A stretch of 64,000 nt of DNA from a bacterium (GCA_021781215.1 JAJXXC010000006.1:11029-75028), one strand, 5' to 3'. Positions 1 through 10,775 are shown, counted from the first letter of the stretch. Translations and numbers: made by a program. Notes: a model not told the origin generated them from the sequence alone.

Positions 1-81
1 AGATATGAATATGCTAATGGTTTTAATTTGCATCTAATAATTTAAGCAAGCTTAATCAAACTTAACAAATAATTATTTAAA

Positions 82-459
82 TTATCTTGATGGCTTTATG
101 CTTCTAATATATATCTGGCTATTTCTACGAGGTTTATTGATTTTTGGCTTCTTGTCTCTAGAGCTGATACGAGATTGCCTATCCATATAATCACTTATTT
201 GTACTATTTTGGCATCTTCTTTTGATTGAGATAAGTATTCGTTTGCTATAGTTTCTTTATAGACGTCAATCTCAGCAACACTTAAAATCCCAATAGCAGC
301 GCTCACGCCTTTAATTCTACCTAGAAATTCATTTGTTACGGCTGAGTTTTCTCCGTATCTATTAGAAAGTATTTTTGAGACGGCAATGTCTGTTGGTGAA
401 GGTCCTGCGTGAATTATATTAACTTCTACGGGATACCAATCGCCTTTCGATACTTCCAT
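82..459 (-). CDS. hypothetical protein with basic C-terminal tail
   Basis: 125-aa ORF with no motif I recognise; K/R-rich C-terminus. Confidence 0.35.
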   Translation of the reverse strand: MEVSKGDWYPVEVNIIHAGPSPTDIAVSKILSNRYGENSAVTNEFLGRIKGVSAAIGILSVAEIDVYKETIANEYLSQSKEDAKIVQISDYMDRQSRISSRDKKPKINKPRRNSQIYIRSIKPSR

Positions 460-564
460 TTCACCTCTTTATGTCTATTAATTTGTAGCTAATTATATAC
501 CAATTAATTAGGTAGATAGTATATTTTATGTTGTAGAATTATCAGTGGTCTAATTGGATATTAG

Positions 565-1611
565 TTATGATTTTGTTTTTTCGTATGCCAAACTTCTCTT
601 AATTATTTCTGGGTAACGCATAAGATCATTATTGCCCCCGCTAATAATACAGACCACAGTCTTATTTTTTATTGAGTCTGCTATAGAATCTAGGCAGGAC
701 ACGGATAATGCTCCAGCCGGTTCGGTAATGATTCCGTCTTCTTGGTAAAGCTCAATCATTGTTGAGCATATTTTTCCGACCGGTATTACCAAAATACTTT
801 TCACTAAGTGCTTAACAATATTGAAGGTTTTAATTCCAACTTTTTTTACTGCAGCACCGTCAACGAATGTATCAATAGTTTCAAGGGTAATAATTTTATT
901 ATTCTTTATGGACTGTTCCATTGCTGCGGCGCCTTCTGGCTCGACTCCTATTATTTCAGTGTTTGTTCCTTTTTGATCAAAATAACTAGATACCCCGGCG
1001 ATTAATCCACCGCCACCGACGGGGCATATGACTATATCAACAATTCCATTCATGTCTTCATATATCTCTTTGGCAATCGTTCCTTGTCCGGCGATAATTA
1101 AATCATCGTCGAAAGGAGGGATAAATATAGAACTGGTTTGTTTGCAATTGGCTATTGCAAGTTCATGGCATTCATCAAAATTGTTGCCAACTAATTTAAT
1201 GCTAATATATTCACCACCCAGATACTTAACTCGGTTGATTTTTTGTTGTTGAGTAGTTATTGGCATAAATATAGTAGCTTTAATTTTTAGTTTTTTTGCG
1301 CTTAAGGCTACCCCCTGAGCATGATTTCCAGCACTGGCCGTAACGATTCCTAAATCTCTCTGAGCTTGATTTAGGCTAGAAATTAGATTATAGGCTCCAC
1401 GGATTTTATATGATCGAGTAGGCTGCAGATCTTCACGTTTTAGATATATTCTTGCGTTATATAAATTAGATAGCCGATCACTGTAATCTAAATCGGTGTG
1501 GGTGACTATATTGGCAATGTTTTTACTAGCTTCTTCAATAAGATCTAGCATAAATTCATCGGGAGTAGCTTCTATAGATTGTTTTGAATAATATTTGGTA
1601 TTTGTAGACAC
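565..1611 (-). CDS. threonine/serine ammonia-lyase (PLP-dependent dehydratase, no ACT domain)
   Basis: PLP-lysine motif SYKIRGAYN and glycine loop CPVGGGGLIAG; 348 aa. Confidence 0.85.
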   Translation of the reverse strand: MSTNTKYYSKQSIEATPDEFMLDLIEEASKNIANIVTHTDLDYSDRLSNLYNARIYLKREDLQPTRSYKIRGAYNLISSLNQAQRDLGIVTASAGNHAQGVALSAKKLKIKATIFMPITTQQQKINRVKYLGGEYISIKLVGNNFDECHELAIANCKQTSSIFIPPFDDDLIIAGQGTIAKEIYEDMNGIVDIVICPVGGGGLIAGVSSYFDQKGTNTEIIGVEPEGAAAMEQSIKNNKIITLETIDTFVDGAAVKKVGIKTFNIVKHLVKSILVIPVGKICSTMIELYQEDGIITEPAGALSVSCLDSIADSIKNKTVVCIISGGNNDLMRYPEIIKRSLAYEKTKS

Positions 1612-1627
1612 GTATTTATATCGAAAG

Positions 1628-2083
1628 TTAATTCGTCTTTCTGTCTTTGAGCATGTCTAGAATTTTAGTTTGATTTTCTAGTTCTTTCATTTGTCGATCT
1701 TGAAGATTAGCTAAGTAGGTTAGTGTTTCGTGATCTGAATCAGCTTTTGCTTCTTGTTGCCCTTGGATAACGTTTTGGCCCACCATAATAATTGGTAGAA
1801 GTACTAACTGAAGAAAGTTCTGAGAAATCCAAGCAATCAGAGTGATTAAACTAGTTGCAATAATCCATTTCGGAAAATCATGTTTAAGGCCCGGAGAAAT
1901 AAGAACTAATATTGCCGGAAGTGACAGTATCGATAGTAGGGCAAATAAATATGCGCTCCACATAGAGCCGACAGCATTAGTTATTTTAAGCGCTAGAGCG
2001 GTGTTAAATTTTCTAAAACCTTCTTCTTCTCGTCTGATTAAATCTTTTGGATGCTTAACGTGATCATTTTTATTTATATCCAT
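1628..2083 (-). CDS. DUF1003-like membrane protein
   Basis: Two central TM helices followed by QN..Q..EAKADSDHE and a coiled C-terminus, as in the DUF1003 family. Confidence 0.5.
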   Translation of the reverse strand: MDINKNDHVKHPKDLIRREEEGFRKFNTALALKITNAVGSMWSAYLFALLSILSLPAILVLISPGLKHDFPKWIIATSLITLIAWISQNFLQLVLLPIIMVGQNVIQGQQEAKADSDHETLTYLANLQDRQMKELENQTKILDMLKDRKTN

Positions 2084-2132
2084 AAATGAATTATATCAAA
2101 TCTATTTAAAATATATTGTTTGTTAGAATTAG

Positions 2133-2714
2133 ATGATGTATGTAGACGATAATTTAATTAGGTGTGAATGGTGTGGTGGTAATAAACTTTATGTAGAGTA
2201 TCATGATCGTGAATGGGGAGTTCCGCTTCATGATGATCAGAAGTTGTTTGAGTTATTAACGCTTGAAGGGGCTCAAGCCGGACTCAGTTGGCTAACCATA
2301 TTAAAACGACGCGATGGTTATCACAGGGCTTTTAATAAATTTAATATCGCCAAAGTCTCTCGGTTCAGTCAAGCCAAGGTTGATGAGTTGATTGATAACC
2401 ATCAAATTATTAGAAATAAACTTAAAATATTATCAGTAATCAAAAACGCAAAGGCAATACTCGATATTCAAGGTAAATTTGGTAGTTTTGATAATTATTT
2501 GTGGCAATATGTTGATAATAAGCCGATGATTTCTGAATCGAGCGGTCCGGGGTTAATTGAGGCTAAAGATATTGCGGTTTTAATTAGTAAAGACTTACGT
2601 AGGCGAGGCATGAATTTTGTTGGTCCAACAATTTGTTATGCCTTCATGCAGGCTAGCGGAATGGTCAATGACCATTCCCTGAATTGCTTCCGGAATAAAC
2701 AACTAGCAGTATAG
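2133..2714 (+). CDS. tag: DNA-3-methyladenine glycosylase I
   Basis: CEWCGG..YHDREWGVP..LFELLTLEGAQAGLSWLTILKRR is the Tag signature. Confidence 0.9.
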   Translation: MMYVDDNLIRCEWCGGNKLYVEYHDREWGVPLHDDQKLFELLTLEGAQAGLSWLTILKRRDGYHRAFNKFNIAKVSRFSQAKVDELIDNHQIIRNKLKILSVIKNAKAILDIQGKFGSFDNYLWQYVDNKPMISESSGPGLIEAKDIAVLISKDLRRRGMNFVGPTICYAFMQASGMVNDHSLNCFRNKQLAV

Positions 2715-2721
2715 GCTGAGT

Positions 2722-3948
2722 CTATTCCCAACGAAAAACTCTAAAGGCAATAGCGTAGACGATAACCGTCCATAGAGCAATCCAGCCCAGCTGTGAACCA
2801 ATTTGAGTTAAATGAAGTCCTTCAGTAGCCAGTAGCCTGACGCCATCAATTACAGGAGTTAACGGCAAGTAGTTAGTTATGTGCTGAAGCCATACTGGCA
2901 TGGCATAACGAGGGAAAAAAGTTCCGGATAAGAACAACATAGGGAAGACGATAATGTTAGCGAGCGGTGCGGCTTGACGTTCGTTTTTAGCCCAACCACC
3001 GATAGCTAAACCGATACCCAGGATCATAATAATACTCAATACTAGAAATAGGGCTATCTCTATATAGTTACCGACTACTCTTAGATTAAATATTGTTATA
3101 GCTGCAATAAACATAATTGCTAATGAGACTAGACCGATTATGGCCTGAGAGATCATGGTTGATAGGAAATACTGCCAAACTCTTATTGGCGTGGTGTGAA
3201 GTCTTCGTAGAATACCTTGTTTTTTAAGTTCTGGAAAAACGTTGACTGGACCAAAAATCCCCAGTCCGATAATCGAAAAGCCTAGTAGGCCGGAGAATGT
3301 ATAGTCGAACTGAGACAGGCTTCTTTGATTAAGTTCTTTTCCGGCGACAGAGAAAGGTGTTGAGGACTTAATAAATTTAGAATTAATACCCTGAAATTCA
3401 GTCTGCAAGATAGACACTAGAGTTTGTCCGGCCTGAGCGTTGTTGTTTGTATAGTAGACTACGGCCTGTCCACTAGGAATACCACTACTATTTTTATTGC
3501 CAAAATTACTAGGCAATAGTAGGGTAGCATCAAGCTGATTACGGTTCATCTTAGTTTGTGCTTCGGCAAGAGTTGTAACTGAAGAATCAATTTTTAATAG
3601 TTTGCTAGCCTGTTCCTGGTTGATGAATTCAGTAGCGTATTGACTGGTAGATTGATTAATTACCCCAACCTTAAACGATACACTATTACCACTTTTACCA
3701 AATATGCCACCAAAGACAAATAAGAAAATTAAAGGGAATAGCACTCCGAAGAATAATGCTAATCGATCACGAAAGAATCTTTTAGTGCTTAACTTGCTAA
3801 AAACTATGACTGTAAAGATCTTTTTTTGCCAGTTCGATAACTGTTTTTTAGCCTTTTTTGGCCTAATTCGTTTATTTATCCTTAGAATTAGTCTAGCTAA
3901 AACTAGTACGATCACTAAAATTATTAACCATGTATATTTTGAATGCAT
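2722..3948 (-). CDS. ABC-2 type transporter permease
   Basis: N-terminal TM, large extracytoplasmic loop and five C-terminal TMs; 4 nt downstream of its ATPase. Confidence 0.75.
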   Translation of the reverse strand: MHSKYTWLIILVIVLVLARLILRINKRIRPKKAKKQLSNWQKKIFTVIVFSKLSTKRFFRDRLALFFGVLFPLIFLFVFGGIFGKSGNSVSFKVGVINQSTSQYATEFINQEQASKLLKIDSSVTTLAEAQTKMNRNQLDATLLLPSNFGNKNSSGIPSGQAVVYYTNNNAQAGQTLVSILQTEFQGINSKFIKSSTPFSVAGKELNQRSLSQFDYTFSGLLGFSIIGLGIFGPVNVFPELKKQGILRRLHTTPIRVWQYFLSTMISQAIIGLVSLAIMFIAAITIFNLRVVGNYIEIALFLVLSIIMILGIGLAIGGWAKNERQAAPLANIIVFPMLFLSGTFFPRYAMPVWLQHITNYLPLTPVIDGVRLLATEGLHLTQIGSQLGWIALWTVIVYAIAFRVFRWE

Positions 3949-3952
3949 ATAA

Positions 3953-4711
3953 TTAATCCCTAAGTTTCTTTCCAGTTAAATCAATGAATACGTCTTCGAG
4001 GCTGGCTTGCTGGACCTCTTGAGATTTAGTGAAACCTTTTTTTAACAAGTCCTTAACTAATTGTCTCGGCGTATCAAGAGCAATAATTCTGCCCTCATCC
4101 ATAATAGCTACTCTATCGCATAATAGTTCTGCCTCTTCCATGTAGTGGGTGGTCATAATTACTGTCGTTCCCCTAGCTTGAATCTTTTGAACTAGATCCC
4201 ATAAGTTTCGTCTTGCTTGTGGATCAAGTCCAGTTGTTGGCTCATCCATAAAAAATACCTTAGGATTATGAACTAAAGCTACCGCTAGGCTCAATCTTTG
4301 TTTTTGTCCACCTGATAAATTTTCGGCATATGAGTTAGCTTTTTCATCTAGCTGTACTTCTTTGAGCAATTCTATTGGGTCAGTCCGCTCACCATAAGTT
4401 GCGGCAAACATTTCAATGATTTCAACCAGTTTTTGTTTATCCAAAAATGCTGGTGTTTGGGGCTGAACGCCAATTATTCGTTTAACTGCCTCGGGGTCTT
4501 TCGCAACATCAATTCCATCTAAAATTGCTTGGCCACCATCGATTGGTCGCAGTGCCTCAATCATCTCAAGGGTAGTAGTTTTCCCAGCACCGTTTGGGCC
4601 GAGGATACCAAAAACTTCACCGTACTTAACCTCAAAGCTAATAGACTTAACTACTTCTTTATCACCATATTTTTTGCTAAGTTTTTTTACTTCCAAGATA
4701 TTCTTTGACAT
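3953..4711 (-). CDS. ABC transporter ATP-binding protein
   Basis: Walker A GPNGAGKTT, signature LSGGQKQRL, Walker B FFMDEPTTGLD. Confidence 0.9.
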   Translation of the reverse strand: MSKNILEVKKLSKKYGDKEVVKSISFEVKYGEVFGILGPNGAGKTTTLEMIEALRPIDGGQAILDGIDVAKDPEAVKRIIGVQPQTPAFLDKQKLVEIIEMFAATYGERTDPIELLKEVQLDEKANSYAENLSGGQKQRLSLAVALVHNPKVFFMDEPTTGLDPQARRNLWDLVQKIQARGTTVIMTTHYMEEAELLCDRVAIMDEGRIIALDTPRQLVKDLLKKGFTKSQEVQQASLEDVFIDLTGKKLRD

Positions 4712-4815
4712 AGAAATATTCTAACAGGTTAGCATAGATACAGTAAGCCAACAGACCATTGTTGTCTGACCTACGTATACCAGTATTATCCTTTAATATA
4801 TACTAGGCAGTAATT

Positions 4816-6630
4816 ATGAAGAAATCTAAATCGCTTAATTCGGCTAAGGGGGTTGCATATACTTCTAGACGCTTGCTAGGAATTTTTTGGCGTGAAGATA
4901 AAAAGACTTTTATTGGCACTACGATTGCGGTCTTAGTTCCTAGCCTAATTCCTTTTATAAATGCATATATCTATGCTCTAATTATTAATTTTGTTATCAG
5001 TTCAGTTTGTTCTGCGCACCATATGTCTTACGACCCTCTATATATTCTAATTTTGATTAGAATATTAATGCTTTTCGTGCAAGACGCTGCTTACACCGCC
5101 CAGCAACGTTATAATTATATTTTTAGTGCTAGAATACCGCTGATATTTTCCCAGGCTATAATGAGACAATTATCACGATTAGATATTCAGCTTATAGAGA
5201 GTAGTGATTTTCAGAATAAGTTCCAAAGTGCTAGGGATAATGCCACATATCGACCATCCACCATGCTTGTCAACATCTTTTATTCAATGCAAAGCTTATT
5301 GCAATTATTGGTAGCAGCTGGCTCGCTATTCTTCCTTAATTGGATATTTGGTGTAATTATTTTACTTACAGCCCTACCAACTTTCTTTTATGAAGCTAAA
5401 AATGCTAAGTATGTATGGGCCATTTGGTCAGATAATTCACCCTACCGTAAAAGGTTTAATTATTTATACTATCAGTTACAATACCCCAGAAGTGTCAAAG
5501 AATTAAAGCTCTTTCAACTAAATGATTATTTTGTAAAACAAGGTGAAAAAATCGGAAATAAGTTTGCTGCCGAAAATATCGCCGCCCTTAATAAACGATT
5601 TTTATCCGGTGTTATAGCTAATTTAGTAAATGTAGCCGGTTATGCAGCCGTCGAAGTTTATATTATTTTTATTACATTAGCTAAAAAAATATCTATCGGA
5701 AGTTTAACTTATTATACGACCGCATTGATTAATTTTCAGAGTGGTGTAAATGGCTTATTTAGAACCGCGTCAAGTGTTTTTGAAGATAGTCAATATGTCA
5801 AAGAAGTTTTCGATATTTTGGATCTTGAACCCAAGTTGATATCTCCACCAGACGCCAAGGTTATTAAGTCTAATCGAACTCCGCGGATTGAGTTTAAAAA
5901 TGTATCATTTGCATATCCAGAATCAAAGACTAAAGTATTGGATAATTTCTCTATTACAATTGAGCCAGGAGATAAAGTAGCATTTGTTGGTGAAAACGGC
6001 GCTGGTAAGTCGACAATTATTAAATTACTCTGTCGTTTTTATGATGTTGATGCCGGAGAAATTCTTATTGACGGGATAAACGTAAAACAATTAAATCTAG
6101 TTGCCTGGTATCAACATATCGGAGTTATATTCCAAGATTTTCTACGATATGAGTATTCATTACGTAAAAATATTTGGTTCGGACAGATAGATAAACCCGA
6201 AGTAATTGAGTCTATTATTGCGGCTGCTGAACAGTCTGGGGCAGATGCAGTAGCGAAATCGTTGGACAAAGGATATGATCAGATGTTGGGTAATGTATTC
6301 GATGGCGGCATTGAACTATCTACTGGTCAGTGGCAAAAAGTTGCTTTGGCTCGTGGTTTTTATCGTAATGCACCAATCCTTATATTGGATGAACCTACAT
6401 CAGCGATAGACGCAAAGGCAGAGCATGAAATTTTCAGAAAAGTTGAAAAATTGACAAGTGATAAGACTGCAATAATTATTTCTCATCGTTTTTCTACAGT
6501 TCGTAACGCTGATAAAATCTATGTTATAGAAGACGGTAGAGCCGTTGAGTCAGGCTCTCATAAAGAGCTAATGAAACTTAACGGAATATATGCCGATTTG
6601 TTTAATCTCCAGGCTGAAGCATATAAATAG
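4816..6630 (+). CDS. fused ABC exporter (permease plus ATPase, MsbA-like)
   Basis: Six-TM N-terminal half; GENGAGKST, LSTGQWQKVALAR, ILDEPTSAID. Confidence 0.85.
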   Translation: MKKSKSLNSAKGVAYTSRRLLGIFWREDKKTFIGTTIAVLVPSLIPFINAYIYALIINFVISSVCSAHHMSYDPLYILILIRILMLFVQDAAYTAQQRYNYIFSARIPLIFSQAIMRQLSRLDIQLIESSDFQNKFQSARDNATYRPSTMLVNIFYSMQSLLQLLVAAGSLFFLNWIFGVIILLTALPTFFYEAKNAKYVWAIWSDNSPYRKRFNYLYYQLQYPRSVKELKLFQLNDYFVKQGEKIGNKFAAENIAALNKRFLSGVIANLVNVAGYAAVEVYIIFITLAKKISIGSLTYYTTALINFQSGVNGLFRTASSVFEDSQYVKEVFDILDLEPKLISPPDAKVIKSNRTPRIEFKNVSFAYPESKTKVLDNFSITIEPGDKVAFVGENGAGKSTIIKLLCRFYDVDAGEILIDGINVKQLNLVAWYQHIGVIFQDFLRYEYSLRKNIWFGQIDKPEVIESIIAAAEQSGADAVAKSLDKGYDQMLGNVFDGGIELSTGQWQKVALARGFYRNAPILILDEPTSAIDAKAEHEIFRKVEKLTSDKTAIIISHRFSTVRNADKIYVIEDGRAVESGSHKELMKLNGIYADLFNLQAEAYK

Positions 6631-6631
6631 T

Positions 6632-6886
6632 CTATAATCCTTCTCTGTATTCGAGACCTTCCCTAACTCCCATTTGATATACCTCGATTTCATTGATACT
6701 ATCACAACCAGCAATTTCAAGTCCTTGGATAATCCCATCATGGAATTTTGCTATAGTGTATAGCTTAAATGACTCAATTTGTTCATCTGTCGCTTCTGGG
6801 AATAAAGCACGTAGGAATAATTCAGGAGACCTATCGGTTTCAATAATTGCTTCGGCGGTAGGTAAATATGGAATGTATTCGGACAT
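6632..6886 (-). CDS. hypothetical small acidic protein
   Basis: 84-aa ORF; antisense ORF 6693..6896 judged spurious. Confidence 0.4.
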   Translation of the reverse strand: MSEYIPYLPTAEAIIETDRSPELFLRALFPEATDEQIESFKLYTIAKFHDGIIQGLEIAGCDSINEIEVYQMGVREGLEYREGL

Positions 6887-6997
6887 TTTTAAATAATAGC
6901 AAACTACTGCTTGTGCTCGTATAGTATTATTTACACTAAAGTTTGTGCGTTATAACTACGTAAAAAGCAATCTAACCAGCATAGAAAACGTAGGAAT

Positions 6998-7234
6998 CTA
7001 TTTAGATAAATCTTTTTTTAGTTGTTCGAATTGTTCTTTAGTTATCTCACCCTTAGCGTAGCGTTCTTTGACTATATCAATTGACCCAGACCCATTACTG
7101 GTGTTCGATTCGTGATTTTTTAATATTCGAACTACAGATAAGACAACAACGATTAGAATAACTAACCAAAACAACATCATAAATATTTCCCATCCACCAT
7201 AATTTCCGTTCATTCCTGGACCGTAATATTCCAT
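6998..7234 (-). CDS. SHOCT-domain small membrane protein
   Basis: One TM helix followed by KERYAKGEITKEQFEQLKKDL (SHOCT motif). Confidence 0.6.
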   Translation of the reverse strand: MEYYGPGMNGNYGGWEIFMMLFWLVILIVVVLSVVRILKNHESNTSNGSGSIDIVKERYAKGEITKEQFEQLKKDLSK

Positions 7235-7356
7235 TATCTATTCCTCCTGTATCTATAATTATACTCTCCGATGCAAATTGTATAATTTAATGATGATGTT
7301 TTGCTGGAGATTATACCCATTTGTATTTAACGAGAACTAAGTTCCAGTAAGTTAAT

Positions 7357-7497
7357 TTAGACTTTATGGTAAAAAACTTTATAGGCAACAAATGCTGCAA
7401 TAATTTGGATAATAGCCATAGTGATGAATAACCCATTGAAGCCGAACGCTCCAATTATTAAACCACCAATACCGGCGCCAATTGCTGCCGCAAACAT
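7357..7497 (-). CDS. possible GlsB/YeaQ/YmgE-like small membrane protein (46 aa, below ORF-track cutoff)
   Basis: Hand translation: MFAAAIGAGIGGLIIGAFGFNGLFITMAIIQIIAAFVAYKVFYHKV; glycine-zipper TM pattern. Confidence 0.35.
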   Translation of the reverse strand: MFAAAIGAGIGGLIIGAFGFNGLFITMAIIQIIAAFVAYKVFYHKV

Positions 7498-7599
7498 ATT
7501 GCCAGCTTAGTACTCATAAAATATATCAAAAAAGAATGGGACTTTCGTCTCTGTCTAAGTGGGGGATATATGTGGCGTCTTTAGTCATGGTTGCATCTA

Positions 7600-7878
7600 T
7601 TAGTTTTCAATCTTTGTAAATCTTGAGACTAGGTTATCTTGCCATTGAACGTATTCTGACCATTGATTTACAGGTCTAATAAAAGTCAGACCTGGACTAT
7701 ACTCAGCTTGATATAGAACACATAACTCATCTGTGGCTTCAAGAGTACCAAAGCCTATAACAAGGTACACCTTGCTCGGATCTTTATAATGTGAATATCG
7801 TACACCTACTTCTATTTGTTTGCTTGCAAACTCAATATCACTAACAATTTGCTCACCAGGTTTGTGTTCCATGCCCAT
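7600..7878 (-). CDS. DUF1653-domain protein
   Basis: YSHYKDPSKVYLVIG..EATDELCVLYQAEY...FIRPVNQW matches the DUF1653 pattern. Confidence 0.6.
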   Translation of the reverse strand: MGMEHKPGEQIVSDIEFASKQIEVGVRYSHYKDPSKVYLVIGFGTLEATDELCVLYQAEYSPGLTFIRPVNQWSEYVQWQDNLVSRFTKIEN

Positions 7879-7979
7879 ATTTTATACTTTAGGTATTGGA
7901 TAAGAAAATGCTTATGCCTGCAAGTTTTCAAACTGCTATTGCTTGCAAATAAGTGTAAAAGGGTGTTTCATATATCAAT

Positions 7980-8408
7980 ATGAAAAATCCCGAGAAAGAT
8001 CTATCGCCTTTTTCTTCAATTATTGATGGAAAGCTGAAAGACAATATAATAACAATTTTTGCTAATCACGTAAATGATGTGGTTATATGTCAAAGCTATG
8101 AGGACATAAAAGATCCAACAGAAATTATTTTATGTGGAGTAATTAAAACAAAAACTACGTTCGTGGGTATAGAAATTGTAAGTTATATTTTTAACGGAGA
8201 AGGGGATTTTGATGGAGGAGAAGTTGTTACTATAACTATAGGCCAGAGAGAATACTTAATTACATCAGAGGGCGTAGTGAGCGATGAAGCACCCATGGAT
8301 TATCTCGGCTGTGATGTTTTGGAAAATTTAGCATATTGGGTTAAACACGCAGATTATCATAAAGATCTCACTGAAATGTCAGTTGCTTTGTCGCAAGACG
8401 AAGAATGA
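7980..8408 (+). CDS. hypothetical acidic protein
   Basis: 142-aa ORF, no recognised motif. Confidence 0.4.
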   Translation: MKNPEKDLSPFSSIIDGKLKDNIITIFANHVNDVVICQSYEDIKDPTEIILCGVIKTKTTFVGIEIVSYIFNGEGDFDGGEVVTITIGQREYLITSEGVVSDEAPMDYLGCDVLENLAYWVKHADYHKDLTEMSVALSQDEE

Positions 8409-8470
8409 TAACACTCGTGCTTTAGTTGGCAACCGCAGACGCTATCTCTACTGAAATTAGAGCTATGGCA

Positions 8471-8797
8471 CTAGGTAGTTCGACCCATATAGTATCTTTG
8501 GTGATTCCCATCAGGCTTTAATATATAAATATCGGTTGTATATCCAAATATATCGGCCGTTTCTTCAAAATACCGTTTTTTAGCTTCTGCCAAAAATATC
8601 ACTTGTTCTTCAGAAACGACATCCGTTGCGTAATTTAGCGTATTAACACCTTCGTTCCATCCAAATATGGCCCATGTACCTAGAAAGTTAGGGACGCTTG
8701 GCCATTCTTCATAATGGTCTGGAACTAGGTCAAGATTTTCTAAGCAAAATAAGGCTTGAGGAAATGTAGGTTTTAACTCACGTTCACTTGCAGTCAT
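8471..8797 (-). CDS. hypothetical protein
   Basis: 108-aa ORF, no recognised motif. Confidence 0.4.
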   Translation of the reverse strand: MTASERELKPTFPQALFCLENLDLVPDHYEEWPSVPNFLGTWAIFGWNEGVNTLNYATDVVSEEQVIFLAEAKKRYFEETADIFGYTTDIYILKPDGNHQRYYMGRTT

Positions 8798-8893
8798 ACT
8801 AAGAGTCTATGATAGATATAAACAGATTGAAAGCATGAGCTGTATAGAGGGCTATCGTGAACGTTATCGCAACCAAGATAAGATTATCGAAGT

Positions 8894-9532
8894 CTAATTT
8901 TGTTGCCCAGACTTAATTGCTTTCCATTTATCTCTTGGACATCTAACTGACCATTCTTTCCAGTGAACCCTGTAGTCACCAAATTCTTCTTCCTCAACCC
9001 AATGAAGTTTAGAGTTGTCAGTAATTCTTTCTGGGAATCTTATACCATTTAAGTGGTCTATCTCATGTTGAGCAACTCTAGCGGAAAACCCCTCAAATAC
9101 ATGAATTATTTCATCACCATTTCGATTAAATGCCCTAACTGTAACTTGTTTCGCTCGTTCAACTATCCCACAGACCCTTGATGTTGAAAAACAGCCCTCT
9201 CGACCTTCTTCTGTCTTGTCCGATTTTTTAGTAATTACGGGATTAATGAATTCTTGTAATTCGGGCTGCTCACCATCTCCAACCGCATTCATTCCAATAA
9301 TTACTATTCGTTTTGAAACACCAATTTGTGGAGCAGCTAGGCCAACTAAGGTTGGATACTTTGCGTCACCTTGTCTTCCGTAAGCAACCCGAAACATCCC
9401 GTCAATAAGCTCTTGGATTTCAGGATTCGTGATACCGGCAGGATTAATAGGTTCTGCAACTAGATTTAGAACTTCACTGTCAGGAGAAACCTGATTATCA
9501 ATAGATTCCTGGGCATACCTTTTTTCAGTCAT
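8894..9532 (-). CDS. def: peptide deformylase
   Basis: Motifs GLAAPQIG, EGCFS and HEIDHLNG. Confidence 0.9.
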   Translation of the reverse strand: MTEKRYAQESIDNQVSPDSEVLNLVAEPINPAGITNPEIQELIDGMFRVAYGRQGDAKYPTLVGLAAPQIGVSKRIVIIGMNAVGDGEQPELQEFINPVITKKSDKTEEGREGCFSTSRVCGIVERAKQVTVRAFNRNGDEIIHVFEGFSARVAQHEIDHLNGIRFPERITDNSKLHWVEEEEFGDYRVHWKEWSVRCPRDKWKAIKSGQQN

Positions 9533-9589
9533 TATTGTATTGTATCAAAAAAACAGAGGATAAGACCCCTGTTATTAGCATAAGCGTTA

Positions 9590-9666
9590 TGGAGGGCCAG
9601 GTGGGACTTGAACCCACGACACCCTGCTTAAGAGGCAGGTGCTCTAACCAGCTGAGCTACTGGCCC
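9590..9666 (-). tRNA. tRNA-Lys (CUU), CCA encoded
   Basis: Hand-folded cloverleaf GGGCCAG..CCTGC-CTCTTAA-GCAGG..GTGGG-TTCAAGT-CCCAC-CTGGCCC-T-CCA. Confidence 0.9.
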
Positions 9667-9788
9667 GTGTTTATGACATTGATGACTATATCAAATTTTA
9701 CTCTAGTAGGGCAAGTTTACTAATAAGGAAAATTAGATATATAATAAGAGACCTATTACTATTTTAAAAAGTTAAGAATATATAAACA

Positions 9789-10616
9789 ATGAAAATATTA
9801 GATGGCAGAGAGTTAGCTAGCTACATCAAGAATCGACAGCTTAGAGAGGTGACTACTCTCAGGATAAACTATAAAAAAATACCGAAATTGGCGATAGTCC
9901 AGATTAAAGATGATCCGGTAATCAATACTTATGTCAGATTAAAAAAGCAATATGGTGATGATATTGGAATCGAGGTCGAGAGTTTTCATCCCAAACAATC
10001 CGATGCAATAGCAACTATAAATAAATTAAATATGGATGATAGCGTCGATGGTATTATCGTGCAGCTACCTATAGAAAATGTTGGGCAAACGGATGAAATT
10101 TTGAATACAGTTAACGCCGACAAGGATGTTGATGCCCTGTCAGATAAGTCGCAATTTGATCCGGCAACGCCAACGGCAATACTATGGTTATTGGCCGGAT
10201 ATAATATTGAACTAAACGGTAAAAATATCCTAATAATAGGCAATGGTAAATTAGTTGGCAGGCCACTCAGCGAGATGTTAGCAAAATCTGGCCAGAAAGT
10301 AACAGTTGCTGATAGAAAAACTAAAAATCTTAAAGACCTTTCCCTCAACTCTAATATAATTATTACGGCTACAGGCAGTCCCGCCATACTTAGTTCAGAT
10401 ATGATTGCTCCAGGTTCAGTTATTGTCGATGCGGGCGTAGCTACGGATAAGGGTAAAAGTGTCGGCGACTTAGATGAATCCGTATATCTAAGGGATGACT
10501 TAATAGTAACTCCAACTAGGGGTGGGGTTGGTCCTTTGACTATATGTTCATTATTTTCAAATGTAATCAAATCTGCTCAGAATTCTATAGACGATAAAAT
10601 ATTGAATAAACTCTAG
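9789..10616 (+). CDS. folD: bifunctional methylenetetrahydrofolate dehydrogenase/cyclohydrolase
   Basis: DGIIVQLP, TPTAILWLL and PTRGGVGPLT motifs; 275 aa. Confidence 0.9.
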   Translation: MKILDGRELASYIKNRQLREVTTLRINYKKIPKLAIVQIKDDPVINTYVRLKKQYGDDIGIEVESFHPKQSDAIATINKLNMDDSVDGIIVQLPIENVGQTDEILNTVNADKDVDALSDKSQFDPATPTAILWLLAGYNIELNGKNILIIGNGKLVGRPLSEMLAKSGQKVTVADRKTKNLKDLSLNSNIIITATGSPAILSSDMIAPGSVIVDAGVATDKGKSVGDLDESVYLRDDLIVTPTRGGVGPLTICSLFSNVIKSAQNSIDDKILNKL

Positions 10617-10775
10617 CTTTTTTATACCAAGTGTGATATATTAGAATAAGTTGTTTAAGAAAAGCTTTGACTGGCCGCTCTCGGACTAAAATCTCAATAA
10701 TCTCTCACTTGTTATATAAGGGGAGATTTTTATATTTTAATCTGTTGTGCTAACATTTATCCAGTACTAATAAAT

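Noticed and set aside
9535-9723. 62-aa plus-strand ORF
   Set aside because: It lies entirely across tRNA-Lys(CUU) on the opposite strand, so the open frame is an artefact of the tRNA sequence.
9986-10570. 194-aa minus-strand ORF
   Set aside because: It is antisense to the well-supported folD gene and has no motifs.
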